DNA of 64,000 bases from Candidatus Latescibacterota bacterium (GTDB taxonomy: Bacteria > Latescibacterota > UBA2968 > UBA8231): NCBI GenBank assembly GCA_964291625.2, contig OZ220090.1, positions 672,001-736,000 of the forward strand, given 5' to 3'. Of the stretch, positions 1-11,704 are shown piece by piece. Position 1 is the first letter of the stretch, and the number at the start of each line of letters is the position of its first letter. The position numbers and the translations under genes were made by a program. Under the pieces are notes generated by a model. The model made no database searches and was not told the DNA's origin. It saw only the letters and a program-made list of their open reading frames with translations.

Positions 1-47
1 TCACCGGGGAGATCGTCGACATCAACGGCGGACTATGGATGGACTAG
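1..47 (+). CDS. 3' end of a short-chain dehydrogenase/reductase (FabG-like), truncated by the window edge
   Basis: Frame from nt 3 reads TGEIVDINGGLWMD*, the typical SDR C-terminal (TG...v.GG) motif; stop lies 1 nt before the rmlA ATG. Confidence 0.65.
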   Translation, partial: TGEIVDINGGLWMD

Positions 48-48
48 G

Positions 49-969
49 ATGAAGGGAATCGTGCTGGCAGGCGGACACGGCACTCGTCTGGTGCCGCTCA
101 CACAGGTGGTGTGCAAGCAGCTGCTGCCGGTCTACGACAAGCCCATGATCTGCTATCCCCTGTCGATCCTGATGCTCGGCGGGATCCGCCGGATCTGCAT
201 CATCTCCACGCCGAGGGACCTGCCGATCATCCGCGGCTTCCTCGGCGACGGGCGGAACCTCGGCGTGGAGTTCACTTACGTGGAGCAGGCCCGGCCCGAG
301 GGCATCGCCCAGGCCTTTCTGCTGGCCGAGGAGTTCATCGGCGGCGACCCGGTGACCCTGATCCTGGGAGACAACGTGTTCTACGGGGACTTCTTCCAGG
401 GCGAGGACGGCTTCGCGCGGGCCGTGCGAGACTTCGAGCGAGGGGGGCTGATCTTCGGCTACTACCTCGGCGACCCCCGGGACTTCGGCGTCCTCGAGTT
501 CGACGCCGCCGGCCGGGCCGTGGGCATCGAGGAGAAACCCCTCGAGCCGAAGTCGAACTATGCAGTCCCGGGCCTGTACGCCTACGACGCCGGGGTGGTC
601 GAGGTGGTCCGCGGACTGCAGCCGTCGGCGCGGGGAGAGCTGGAGATCACCGACGTCAACCGCACCTACCTGGAGCGCGGCGACCTGCGTGTCGAGCGGT
701 TGGGACGGGGGATCGCCTGGCTCGACACCGGCACGCCCGGGAGCCTGCAGGCGGCCAGCAGCTTCGTCGAGGCCATCGAGATGCGCCAGGGGCTGAAGAT
801 CGCCTGCCTCGAGGAGATCGCCTTCGACCAAGGCTTCGTCGACCACGCCGGGTTCGAGGCCCTGATCGCGGGCTTCCCCAGCCCCCCCTCCGAGTGCGAC
901 TACCGGGAGTACCTCGAGATGGTGCTGGCCCAGAAGGACGCGGCCCCCGGGGCCAAGGGTCCGCCTTGA
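49..969 (+). CDS. rfbA: glucose-1-phosphate thymidylyltransferase
   Basis: KGIVLAGGHGTRL, KQLLPVYDKPM, EEKP, PSARGELEITD, AWLDTGT motifs. Confidence 0.95.
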   Translation: MKGIVLAGGHGTRLVPLTQVVCKQLLPVYDKPMICYPLSILMLGGIRRICIISTPRDLPIIRGFLGDGRNLGVEFTYVEQARPEGIAQAFLLAEEFIGGDPVTLILGDNVFYGDFFQGEDGFARAVRDFERGGLIFGYYLGDPRDFGVLEFDAAGRAVGIEEKPLEPKSNYAVPGLYAYDAGVVEVVRGLQPSARGELEITDVNRTYLERGDLRVERLGRGIAWLDTGTPGSLQAASSFVEAIEMRQGLKIACLEEIAFDQGFVDHAGFEALIAGFPSPPSECDYREYLEMVLAQKDAAPGAKGPP

Positions 970-970
970 C

Positions 971-1773
971 TCAGGACCGCGCCTCCGCCAGCTCCCCCAG
1001 CAGTCGGCTGTAGCGCTCCTCTCCGCCCTCCTCCCAGGCGGTCAGCAGGGCGGAGCCGACGATGCCGATCTCCACCCGCCCGTGCAGGGCCCGCAGGTCG
1101 TCTCCGCCCCGTAGACCGAAGCCGAGGGCCAGGGGCAGGTCGGTGGCGGCGCGGCACGTCTCCAGGAAGCGGTAGAGTTCCTCCTGGAGCTGGGTTCGCT
1201 TTCCCGTGACCCCCTTCCGGGCCACGGCGTAGACGAAGCCCCGGGCACGGCGGCCGAGCTCGGCCAGGCGGCTCTCCGTGTTCGTCGGGGTCATGAGCAG
1301 GACCGGGTCGAGGCGGTGGCTCGCGCTGACGTCGAAGAGGTCGCCGTACTCCTCGTACGGGAGGTCCGGCACGATGAGGCCCGAGCCGCCCGCTGCCCGC
1401 AGCCGTCGGCAGAACTCGCCGTGGCCCGAGCGGAAGAGGGTGTTGTAGTAGCCCATGAACAGGCGGGGGAAGGCGGCCTCCTGACCGGCCTGGTGGAAGA
1501 AGTCGAAGTAGGTGCGGAGGGTGATCCCCCGGGACAGGGCCTCCTGGTTGGCGCGCACAAAGGTGGGCCCGTCCGCAACCGGCTCGCTGAAGGGCATCTG
1601 CAGCTCCACCAGGTCGATGTCGTGCACGGCCATGGACCGCAGCATGGCGCGGTTCGCCTCCAGCGACGGGTAGCCGACGATGAGGTGGGTCATCAGCAGG
1701 ACCCGGCGGTCCGCGCCCGCCAGGCGCCCTCGTACGTAGGCCTCGAGACCGCCGGCCCCCGTTCCGGGCGGGT

Positions 1774-1777
<4 letters not shown>
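971..1777 (-). CDS. trpA: tryptophan synthase alpha subunit
   Basis: ELQMPFSEPVADGP (catalytic Glu/Asp), MGYYN, VPDLP, GVTG, VGSAL; overlaps the trpB stop. Confidence 0.93.
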
Positions 1778-3063
<1,286 letters not shown>

Positions 3064-3073
3064 GGCCGCGGCC

Positions 3074-4672
3074 TCAATCGATGAGCTGCGCCCTCTTCAA
3101 CGCCTCGAGCATCGTGGCGTTGCCGGGCGATTCCTCCTTCTCCTGCTGCCGGCGCTCCTCGAACTCCCGGAGGTTCGTCTCCCCCTCCACCTGCTCGGCC
3201 CGCTTCAGGGAGAGACGGAAGCGCTTGCGCCGGTCGTCGATCTCGAGAATCGCCACCTTCACCTCCTCGCCCTGGGAGAGGACGTCGCGGGGGTGGTTGA
3301 CCCGCCGGCTCGCCATCTCGGAGACGTGGATCAGGCCTCGCACGTTCGGCGCCAGCTCGACGAAGGCGCCGAAGTCCTCCAGAGCCTCGACCCTGCCGGT
3401 CACCACGGAGCCGGCACGGAAGCGCTCCCGCGCCTCGGTCCACGGGTTCTTCTCCAGCGCCTTCAGGCTCAGGGAGATCCGTTCCTTGCGCCGGTCTCCC
3501 AGGTTCTTCACGGCGATGACCTTGACCTTGACCTCCTGCCCCGGCTGCACCACGTCCTGGGGGTGGGCGACACGCTCGTGCCGGAGCTCCGAGACGTGGA
3601 CCAGCCCCTCGACGCGCCCCCCGAGGTCGACGAAGGCCCCGAATTTCTCGAGGCGGGTCACCGAGCCGGTCAGCTCGGCCCCCTCGGTGACCGTCTCGCG
3701 GACGTTGAGGGCATCCTCCGCCTGCTCGGCCTCGAGCAGGGCCCGCCGGGAGAGGACGATGCTTCGGCCCCGGTCGCGGAAGCGGATGATCTTGAAGGCC
3801 ATGGTCTGGTTGCGGAACCGCTCCGGATCCTCGGTGAAGCCGGTGTCGATCTGGGATACCGGACAGAAGGCGCGCAAGCCCTCGAGGGAGACGCCGAGAC
3901 CCCACTTGTTGACGGCCATCACCGTGCCCTCCACCGGCTGTCCCGACTTGAAGGCCTTGTACAGCAGGTCGGACTGGCGGGCCTCGCCGCTGGGGTAGCG
4001 GGACAGGGCGACTTCGCCGGAGTCGCCGACGATGAACGCTTCGATCGGGTCTCCCGCCTGGAAAGCGATCTCCCCGTCCTCCCCCCGGAGCTCGTCGACG
4101 CGGATCACCCCCTCGCTGCGACCTCCGAAATCGACGAAGGCCTCGTCCTCGCCGATGCGGACCACCACGCCGCTGACCCGGCTGCCCACCTTCGGCGCCT
4201 GGGCATCGGCCGCCGGAGCCCGGTCCGCCAGCAGGGACGCCATGTCCCCTCCGGGATCGGCCGGACCGCCGGGAGCCCCTGAATCCTCGGGGGTTGGTCC
4301 CGCCGCCGGGGCGACACCGTCTTCCGACGTGGCCGTAGATGGCTCCGCCGCGAGAGCGGATTCCTGGGCCCCGGGGATCTCCTGCGCGGTGGCGGCGGCG
4401 TCCTCCGGTGTGGATTCCATGGCCTCGGGATCCTGGGCCGCAGCCGTGGTGTCCTCCATGGCCGTCGCGTCCGCCGCCGTGGCCGCGGGGGTGTCCTCCG
4501 CGGGGGGGGAGTCATCCCCCGTCTCGGAGGAGTCCGCTGCCCCCGACGGTTCCGGCGTTTCCGCGGACACCTCGGGACCGTCGCGGGGAGGCTCCTCCGC
4601 CCCCTCCGCATCCGGGGGGCGGAGCTCGTCGTGCGGTTCGCTGTCGGAGGGCTGAGGGCCGGACATGTCCAT
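3074..4672 (-). CDS. S1 RNA-binding domain protein (RpsA-like, about 4 S1 repeats) with a long acidic N-terminus
   Basis: AFVDFGGRSEG, FGAFVDLGGRVEGLVHVSEL, FGAFVELAPNVRGLIHVSEM, RISLSLK; GGAG SD before the ATG. Confidence 0.88.
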   Translation of the reverse strand: MDMSGPQPSDSEPHDELRPPDAEGAEEPPRDGPEVSAETPEPSGAADSSETGDDSPPAEDTPAATAADATAMEDTTAAAQDPEAMESTPEDAAATAQEIPGAQESALAAEPSTATSEDGVAPAAGPTPEDSGAPGGPADPGGDMASLLADRAPAADAQAPKVGSRVSGVVVRIGEDEAFVDFGGRSEGVIRVDELRGEDGEIAFQAGDPIEAFIVGDSGEVALSRYPSGEARQSDLLYKAFKSGQPVEGTVMAVNKWGLGVSLEGLRAFCPVSQIDTGFTEDPERFRNQTMAFKIIRFRDRGRSIVLSRRALLEAEQAEDALNVRETVTEGAELTGSVTRLEKFGAFVDLGGRVEGLVHVSELRHERVAHPQDVVQPGQEVKVKVIAVKNLGDRRKERISLSLKALEKNPWTEARERFRAGSVVTGRVEALEDFGAFVELAPNVRGLIHVSEMASRRVNHPRDVLSQGEEVKVAILEIDDRRKRFRLSLKRAEQVEGETNLREFEERRQQEKEESPGNATMLEALKRAQLID

Positions 4673-4699
4673 CTCCTGGAGGTTCGTGCCGGCGCGCGC

Positions 4700-5668
4700 C
4701 TAGGGGAGCAGAAGGACCTTGCCGGTGGTCCTGCGCCCCTCCAGGGCGCGGTGGGCGTCGGCGGCGGCGGCCAGCTCGTAGCGGGCGCCGACCCGGACCT
4801 CGAGCCGGCCCTGGGCGGTCCAGTCGAGAACCTCACCGGCGCGATCGAGCAACTCCTGCCGGGTGAGGGTGTAGTGGGCCATGGTCGGCCGCGTCAGAAA
4901 GAGCGACCCCTTCTGGCTGAGAACCTGGGGATCGACGGGAGGCACGGGTCCGCTCGACTGGCCGAAGAGGACCATGGTGCCCCGGGGCTTGAGCGAGTCG
5001 AGGCTCCTGTCGAAGGTCGTCTGCCCCACCGAGTCGTAGACCACCTCCACGCCGGCGCCTCCGGTGAGGCGCTGCACCTCTTCCCCGAAGTCGGCCTCCG
5101 TGTAGCGGATGACCTCGTCGGCCCCCGCTCCGCGGGCCAGTTCCTCCTTCTCCGGTGTGGAGACGGTGGCCAGCACTCGCGCCCCCTTCATCCTGGCCAT
5201 CTGCACCAGCAACAGGCCGACGCCGCCGGCCGCGGCGTGGACGAGCGCCGTGTCTCCCGCTTTCAGGACGTAGGTGCCGGTAACCAGGTAGTGGGCGGTC
5301 ATGCCCTGAAGGAGGACCGCCGCCGCATCGGCGGGCTCGGTCCTCTCGGGCAGGGGCACCACGTGGCCGGCGGGCACCGCGGCCAACTCGGCGTAAGCCC
5401 CCTGAACACCGGCATAGGCGACGCGGTCACCGGCGGCCACTCCCTCGACGCCTTCTCCCACGGCGACGACGCTTCCGGCCCCCTCCATTCCCGGTACGCA
5501 GGGCAGATCCACGGGATAGAGGCCCGAGCGGTGATAGGTGTCGATGTAGTTGAGACCGACCGCCTCGTGCCGGACCACCACCTCTCCGGGGCCGGCGGTC
5601 GGCTCCGGCACCTGCTCGAAGGAGAGGACCTCGGGGCCGCCGTGCTCGTGGAAACGGATCGCCTTCAT
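4700..5668 (-). CDS. qor: NADPH:quinone oxidoreductase (zeta-crystallin/MDR family)
   Basis: GGPEVL, GLNYIDTYHRSGLY, HAAAGGVG, VYDSVG, TTGKVLL. Confidence 0.93.
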   Translation of the reverse strand: MKAIRFHEHGGPEVLSFEQVPEPTAGPGEVVVRHEAVGLNYIDTYHRSGLYPVDLPCVPGMEGAGSVVAVGEGVEGVAAGDRVAYAGVQGAYAELAAVPAGHVVPLPERTEPADAAAVLLQGMTAHYLVTGTYVLKAGDTALVHAAAGGVGLLLVQMARMKGARVLATVSTPEKEELARGAGADEVIRYTEADFGEEVQRLTGGAGVEVVYDSVGQTTFDRSLDSLKPRGTMVLFGQSSGPVPPVDPQVLSQKGSLFLTRPTMAHYTLTRQELLDRAGEVLDWTAQGRLEVRVGARYELAAAADAHRALEGRRTTGKVLLLP

Positions 5669-5790
5669 CGGTTCGGGCGGGTTCGGGGATTCGGTTCGGT
5701 GGGAGAGGAAGTCATCGTGGGGAGACTGACAAAGTTACGTGTGCCGATCCGATTTGAGCAAGACGCACACCGACACCGCGGCCGAGAGGG

Positions 5791-7263
5791 TCAGTCCCCC
5801 CGCAGGGACAGAACCGGCGAGTAGGGCCGCAGGAGGGTGCGCTCCCACCACACGCCTCGACGCCGCGCCTCCCCGTGGCTGAAGCGGTACTCGTAGAGGT
5901 GGGCGCGCAGGTACCGCGGCGGAGGGCCGCCGCCGAAGGGATCCTCCGCCAGCAGCCCGAGGACGGGGGGAGACCCCTCCAGCAGGCGGCGGGCGAAGGC
6001 GTGGAACCAGGGCGCCCTCTCGAAGCGGCGCAGGGCGGCGAACCACATCTGCCAGTCCAGGCGCGGCATGTGCGGCCCGGCGAAGGAAGGCCGGCGGTCG
6101 ACGGCCGTCGGCTTGTACCGGAACCGGTAGGCGCGCCACTCGACGCCGTCCCGGCTGCCCTCGAGGACGATCTCCGGTCGGGATGTGGTCATGGTCGCGA
6201 AGAGCCCGTACGAGCTCGACAGATGGAGAGGCCCCAGCCAGCGCTGCAGTTCGAAGAGAGGCCCGACGCGGCCCACGTCCACCCCCAGGGTGGCGGCCAT
6301 CCGCAGGCAGCTCAGGACGAGGATCAGGGCCGCCGCCGCCAGCCGGAGCCGCCGCCAGCGAGGAGCCTGGCTCTCGGCCCCGGCGGCGCGGCCGAAGACC
6401 GCGTCGTCGAGCAGCGGCAGACAGAGGACAAGGGCGAGGAGGTTGAAGAATCCGTAGTTGCCGGTGGCCGCTATCCCCAGTTGCAGCAGGGCAAAGCCGG
6501 CTGCCGCGGCGAGCCGGAAGCGGCGTGGACCGAAGACAGCGAAGGGCAGGACCAGCTCCACGCCGAAGAGGAGCAGCGTCTCGGCCGTGTGCACCGCTGG
6601 AGGGAGGTGGTGGGCGAACCAGCTCGTCCACGCCGGGATCGGCTGGGTCTGGTAGTGGTGCTCCATCGCCGTCAGACCCCGCCACGCGGAGTCCCCGCTC
6701 AGGAGCTTGACCACCCCCGAGGACCACATGAGCCGGAAGATCAGCCAGCGCAGGAGCCAGGTGACAGCCCTCGACGGAGGTTCGTCCCACACCCGGCGGG
6801 GACGCCAGGCCAGGGGCGCCCACAGCACCGCCAGCACACCCGCCTCCAGGAGCAGCACGTCCCACTGGTAGGAGAGGAACTGCTGGCCCGCGACGTATAC
6901 CGAAAGGTATAGCAGCCAGCACAGAGCCAGGGACAGGGCCGAAGCCACCCCGGCGGCCGCCAGCAGCGCGGCGGCGCAGCCCGCGGCGCACAGGGCGTGC
7001 AGGGCGGTGTCTCCCGCGTCGATCCAGAGCAGGGTGGGAAAGTGCCACCAGGCCGAAGGCCCGAGCGTCTCCCCGGCCCACCGAAGGGTCTCGGCCACCG
7101 GAAGGATTCCGCGCGAACCGACGAGCCCCTCGGCCTGGCTCCAGAAAGAGGCGAAGGCCAGGAGATAGACCAGCCCCATGGCGCGGACGAAGCAGGCCCT
7201 GGGCACCAGGACCCGCCCGGCTGCCCGGGCCGCGGCGGAGACCTTCGCTTCCAGCCAGCGCAT
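5791..7263 (-). CDS. lipase maturation factor (LMF) family membrane protein
   Basis: QWDVLLLEAG, FRLMWSSGVVKL, HHYQTQPIP, TGNYGFFNLL, SYGLFATMT, PHMPRLDWQMWFAAL. Confidence 0.92.
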   Translation of the reverse strand: MRWLEAKVSAAARAAGRVLVPRACFVRAMGLVYLLAFASFWSQAEGLVGSRGILPVAETLRWAGETLGPSAWWHFPTLLWIDAGDTALHALCAAGCAAALLAAAGVASALSLALCWLLYLSVYVAGQQFLSYQWDVLLLEAGVLAVLWAPLAWRPRRVWDEPPSRAVTWLLRWLIFRLMWSSGVVKLLSGDSAWRGLTAMEHHYQTQPIPAWTSWFAHHLPPAVHTAETLLLFGVELVLPFAVFGPRRFRLAAAAGFALLQLGIAATGNYGFFNLLALVLCLPLLDDAVFGRAAGAESQAPRWRRLRLAAAALILVLSCLRMAATLGVDVGRVGPLFELQRWLGPLHLSSSYGLFATMTTSRPEIVLEGSRDGVEWRAYRFRYKPTAVDRRPSFAGPHMPRLDWQMWFAALRRFERAPWFHAFARRLLEGSPPVLGLLAEDPFGGGPPPRYLRAHLYEYRFSHGEARRRGVWWERTLLRPYSPVLSLRGD

Positions 7264-7349
7264 ATCCCTGGTACCCTAGCGCGCCATCCCCCGGCGCTCC
7301 AGTTCCGTGGTGGGCCGGCCGTCGGTTGGACGCCTACGGTCCCGCCGTC

Positions 7350-7378
7350 TTGACCCTCGCCGCTCCCCCCAGTAGCCT
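7350..7378 (+). promoter_or_regulatory. putative sigma70 promoter of the sulfatase-like gene
   Basis: TTGACC-17 nt-TAGCCT, 50 nt upstream of the ATG at 7428 (AGGAG SD). Confidence 0.45.
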
Positions 7379-7427
7379 ACCGCCTCTCCGAACCGGACCT
7401 CTCTTCTCTCCAGACTCCAGGAGTTCC

Positions 7428-8849
7428 ATGGCGCCGCGCAAGAGACCCCTCAACCTCGTCCTCTTCGGCGTCGACAGCCTGCGCGCCGACCACATGAGCT
7501 GTTACGGCTATCCGCGGCTGACGACCCCTCACATCGACCGCCTCGCCGGCGAGGGCGTCCTCTTCGAACGCAACTACTCGGCCCACATCCCCACCACCTC
7601 GGCCTACGCCTCCATGCTCACCGGCCTCGACGCCTTCTCCACCACCGTCGTGGCCCTGCGCCACAAGGGCGGTCTTCCCGACCACGTGGTCACGCTCCCC
7701 GAGATCCTGGGCGAGGCCGGATACGAGACCAGCTGCGTCGGCTTCAGCGGCAATGCCAGCTCGCGGGGGTTCGGCACCTACCTCGACTACCCGGCCTGGG
7801 GCAGCTGGAGCGAGGGCCGCAGCCCGAAGGCGGACCGGCTCAACGACGTGGCCGTTCCGGAGCTTGAGCGCCTGGCCGCGGGCGACAAGCCCTTCTTCCT
7901 CTTCCTGCGCCACATGGACCCCCACGCGCCCTACCTGCCGCCGGAGCCCTTCGAGCGCATGTTCTACTCCGGCGACGAGCTCGACCCGGCCAACCGCTCC
8001 ATGGACCCGGTCATGGAGTTCAAGCCCTTCTGCGACTTCTTCGCCGACTGGATGCCGCCGGGGATCACCGACGCCGACTACGTCACCGCCCAGTACGACG
8101 GCGCCGTGGCCTACATGGACGCGGCGATACAGCGGCTCCTCACCCGCCTCGACGAGCTCGGCCTGCGCGACGACACCCTCGTCGTCCTCAACGGCGACCA
8201 CGGCGAGACCCTCTACGAGCACGAGTGCTGGTTCGACCACCACGGCCTCTACGAGAACACCCTGCACGTCCCTTTGATCCTGCGCCTCCCCGGACGGCTG
8301 CCCGGGGGACGACGCGTCGGCGGTTACGCCCGCCACCAGGACCTGGTGCCGACGATCCTGCAACTGCTGCGGGTGGGCGGCGTGAAGATCGACTTCGACG
8401 GCGCCTCCCTGCTGCCGTTGATCGACGGCCGGCGGCCGAGCCACGCCTCCGAGTCCTACATCACCGAGTGCACGTGGATGCGCAAGCACGGTTGGCGCAC
8501 ACCGCAGTGGAAGCTGATCGTGGCCCTGGAGCCCGACTTCCACTTCAAGCCGGAGGTCGAGCTCTACAACCTCGTCGAGGACCCCCTGGAGCTGAGGAAC
8601 CTGGCGGACCGCGAGAAGGGCGTGGTTGCCGCCCTGCGGGAGCGGCTCGAGAGCTGGGTGGCCCGGCGCGAGAGGGATACGGGGCGCGTCAACCCCATGT
8701 ACACCAACCTCGACTGGCACGGCTCCAGGACCCACCAGGGGCCCTTCACCTCGTCGCAGCAGGCCTACGACACCCTGCACATCGGCTCGGTGGGCGCCGC
8801 CGACCGGCTGCAGGCCGGCGGCAAGAAGAGAGCCGGGAAGAAAGGCTAG
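7428..8849 (+). CDS. sulfatase-like / alkaline phosphatase superfamily hydrolase
   Basis: VDSLRADH, TTPHIDRLA.EGVLF, ASMLTG, DPHAPY, GDHGE, HHGLYE.TLHVPLI, ELYNL..DP.E..NLA; start set at MAPRKRP using the SD. Confidence 0.88.
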   Translation: MAPRKRPLNLVLFGVDSLRADHMSCYGYPRLTTPHIDRLAGEGVLFERNYSAHIPTTSAYASMLTGLDAFSTTVVALRHKGGLPDHVVTLPEILGEAGYETSCVGFSGNASSRGFGTYLDYPAWGSWSEGRSPKADRLNDVAVPELERLAAGDKPFFLFLRHMDPHAPYLPPEPFERMFYSGDELDPANRSMDPVMEFKPFCDFFADWMPPGITDADYVTAQYDGAVAYMDAAIQRLLTRLDELGLRDDTLVVLNGDHGETLYEHECWFDHHGLYENTLHVPLILRLPGRLPGGRRVGGYARHQDLVPTILQLLRVGGVKIDFDGASLLPLIDGRRPSHASESYITECTWMRKHGWRTPQWKLIVALEPDFHFKPEVELYNLVEDPLELRNLADREKGVVAALRERLESWVARRERDTGRVNPMYTNLDWHGSRTHQGPFTSSQQAYDTLHIGSVGAADRLQAGGKKRAGKKG

Positions 8850-8865
8850 CCGCCGGCGCCGGTGG

Positions 8866-10029
8866 TCAGCCCGGCCGGACCTGCTCGAAGGCCCAGTCGA
8901 GCCAGGGAGTGAGAGCCTCCATGTCGGAGGTCTCCACCGTCGAGCCGCCCCAGATGCGCAGGCCGGGAGGTGCGGCGCGGTACGACCCGATGTCGCAGGC
9001 GGCCCCCTCCCTCTCCAGCATCCGCGCCAGATCCCGCGCCCGGGCGGCCTGTTCCGCGGCGGGCCGAGCCGCCCAGGCGCCGTCGACGACGCGCAGACAG
9101 ATGGAGGTGCTCGAACGGGTCCGCGGGCGGCGGGCGAGGAAGTCGATCCAGTCCCGCGCCCCCGCCCAGGCCTCCAGGACCGCCAGGTTGGCCCGCGAGC
9201 GCCGCACCAGCTCGGGCAGGCCGCCGATCGACTCCGCCCAGAGCAGCCCGTCGATGGCGTCCTCGACGCAGAGCATGGAAGGCGTGTTGATGGTGCGCCC
9301 CTCGAAGAGCCCCTCGTCGAGGGCGCCGGAGGCGGTCATGCGGAACAGCTTCGGCAGCGGCCATGGAGGGGTGTAGGAGAGCAGCCGCTCCACCGCCCGG
9401 GGACCGAGGACCAGCATGCCGTGGGCGGCCTCGCCCCCCATCACCTTCTGCCACGACCAGGTGACGACGTCGAGCTTCTCCCAGGGCAGGTCCATGGCGA
9501 AGGCGGCCGACGTGGCGTCGCAGATCGTCAGGCCCCGGCGGTTGGGGGCGATCCAGTCCGCGTCCGGGACCCGGACCCCCGACGTCGTACCGTTCCAGGT
9601 GAAGACCACGTCGCGGTCTCCGTCCACCTGACGCAGGTCCGGCAGCTCGCCGTAGTCCGCCAGCAGGGGCCGCACGTCGGAGAGGGGCAGCTGGCGGGTC
9701 AGGTCCGTCACCCATCCCCGGCCGAAACTCTCCCAGGCCAGCACGTCGACCCCCCTCGGGCCGAGGAGGGACCAGAGGGCCATCTCCACGGCGCCCGTGT
9801 CCGAAGCCGGGACCACGGCGACGCGGTGATCGGCGGGCACGCCGAGAACGGCCCGGCTGCGCTCGATGACTTCCCGCAGCCGCCCCTCGCCGGCGGGGCT
9901 CCGGTGCGAGCGGCCGACCATAGCGTCGGCCAGGGCCGCCAGAGACCACCCCGGCCGCTTGGCGCAGGGGCCGGAGGAGAAACAGGGGTTGCCCGGCTTC
10001 CTCTCCGGCCTCGGCGGCTCAGTCGACAT
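8866..10029 (-). CDS. serC: phosphoserine aminotransferase (Methanosarcina/alphaproteobacterial type)
   Basis: [59 protein letters not shown]. Confidence 0.92.
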   Translation of the reverse strand: MSTEPPRPERKPGNPCFSSGPCAKRPGWSLAALADAMVGRSHRSPAGEGRLREVIERSRAVLGVPADHRVAVVPASDTGAVEMALWSLLGPRGVDVLAWESFGRGWVTDLTRQLPLSDVRPLLADYGELPDLRQVDGDRDVVFTWNGTTSGVRVPDADWIAPNRRGLTICDATSAAFAMDLPWEKLDVVTWSWQKVMGGEAAHGMLVLGPRAVERLLSYTPPWPLPKLFRMTASGALDEGLFEGRTINTPSMLCVEDAIDGLLWAESIGGLPELVRRSRANLAVLEAWAGARDWIDFLARRPRTRSSTSICLRVVDGAWAARPAAEQAARARDLARMLEREGAACDIGSYRAAPPGLRIWGGSTVETSDMEALTPWLDWAFEQVRPG

Positions 10030-10366
10030 GGTCCCGCAGATCGAAGACGCACTCCATGGAGGCCCACCACTCCCCCTCCTGCGCCTCGGGCACCCGCTCC
10101 TGGAAGGTGCGCATCAGCTCGTCCCACTCGGCGGCCCTGGGGTTCTGCTCCACGTAGCGGGCGAAGTCCCGGGCCGGGTCGAAGTCGTCGGTCGTCGTCA
10201 TGTGCATGAACATGCGACGGCCGAGCAGGTAGATGAGCATCCCTTCGATACCCACCTCCTTCAGACCCTGGAGCGGCTCCGGCCACGGGTGGCGGTGGTA
10301 CTCCTTGTAGCGCTCGATGATCTGCGGATCGTCCTTCAGGTTCAGGGTCAGTGCGTAGTGCTTCAT
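10019..10366 (-). CDS. L-rhamnose mutarotase family protein
   Basis: [45 protein letters not shown]; ATGA overlap with the glcF stop; C-terminal part of ORF 10019..11008. Confidence 0.85.
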   Translation of the reverse strand: MKHYALTLNLKDDPQIIERYKEYHRHPWPEPLQGLKEVGIEGMLIYLLGRRMFMHMTTTDDFDPARDFARYVEQNPRAAEWDELMRTFQERVPEAQEGEWWASMECVFDLRDHVD

Positions 10367-11702
10367 TCCTCCTCCTCCTCCTCTGCGCGATAGGCCGCCG
10401 CCAGCAGCGACACGGGGTGCTCCACCCGGGCCGTCCCTCCCCGCCGGCGCAGGCCGACCTCGATCTGCACGGCGCACCCCGGGTTGCCGGTGGCCACCAC
10501 CTCGGCGCCGGTGGCGGCCAGGTGTCCCAGCTTGCGCTCCAGGAGCGCCGCCGACATCTCCGGCTGCGTGATGTTGTAGATACCCGCCGAGCCGCAGCAC
10601 CAGTCGGACTCGGCCAGCTCCACCAGCTCCAGCCCCGGGATGGCGGCCAGGATCTCCCGGGGCTGCTGACTCACTCCCTGGCCGTGCTTCAGGTGGCAGG
10701 ACTCGTGGCAGGTGACGCGCAGTGGGCCGCCGGCGGCGCCTTGCAGGGCGGCCCGGGGCGGCCTCGGGCCGACCTCCGCCAGCAGCTCGTGCACGTCCCG
10801 GACCTTGCGGGCCCACTCCGCGGCCCGGCCCCGGTAGACGGGGTCGCCGGCCAGCAGCCGGTCGTAGTGCTTCACGTGGGAGCCGCACCCCCCGGCGTTG
10901 ACGACGACGGCGTCGAGACGCTCCAGGTCGAAGGCGTCGAGGTTGGCCCGCGCCAGCTGCCGCGCCGCCTCGGCCTCGCCGTTGTGGCCGTGGAGGGAGC
11001 CGCAGCACTCCTGATCCGGCGGCAACTCCACCTCGCAGCCGTTGGCCTGCAGGACCTCGATCGTGTCGGCGTTGACGTGGGCGAAGGCGAGGTCCTGCAC
11101 GCAGCCGCTGACCAGGCCGACCCGCTTCGACGGCGGCTTCGGATTGCGGGCCTCGTAGCGGCGGGCGAACAGCTCATGGGTGAACCGGGGGCTGACGCGC
11201 GGCGTCAGCGGCTCCAGCTCGCGCAGACGCCGCGGCGCCAGCCGCAGCAGTCCCAGGCCGCGCACGGTCCGCTCGAACCCCCAGCGCTGGTAGATGCGCA
11301 GCAGGCGGCCGAGGACATGCAGCCGCCGCCGCGAGGTGAACAGCCACCGCAGCATGAACCCGCGGACCACCGAGCGCCCGGGCGCCGCCAGGACGCCGCT
11401 GCGCTCCACCTCGGCCCGGGCCGTCTCGATGAGCCGGGCGTAGTCGACGCCGGCGGACAGGCGGTCTGGCAGGCCAGGCAGCCGAGACAGAAGTACATCT
11501 CGTCGGCGAAGCTCTCCCCCACCTCCAGGCGGCCCTCGGCGACGGCCCGCATCATGGCGATGCGGCCCCGGGGGGAGGAACGCTCCCTCAAGGTGGCGTC
11601 GTAGGTCGGGCAGGTGGGCAGGCACATGCCGCAGTGCATGCACTGCTGGAGGACGGAGAAGTCGAGGCCCCGGAGCAGGTTGGGTTCGGCTGAGCGGTCC
11701 AC
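10363..11702 (-). pseudogene. glcF: GlcF-like Fe-S subunit of a 2-hydroxyacid oxidase; apparent 1-nt frameshift near 11453
   Basis: The N-terminal frame gives CMHCGMCLPTCP...CLGCLACQTACP; the other frame continues AGVDY...GCVQD...CCGSLH...GGCGS...HESCHL.HGQ...WCCGSAGIYN...NPGC. The sequence reads TGTCCG-CCGGC where TGT CCG GCC GGC is expected. Confidence 0.85.
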
Positions 11703-11704
11703 GG

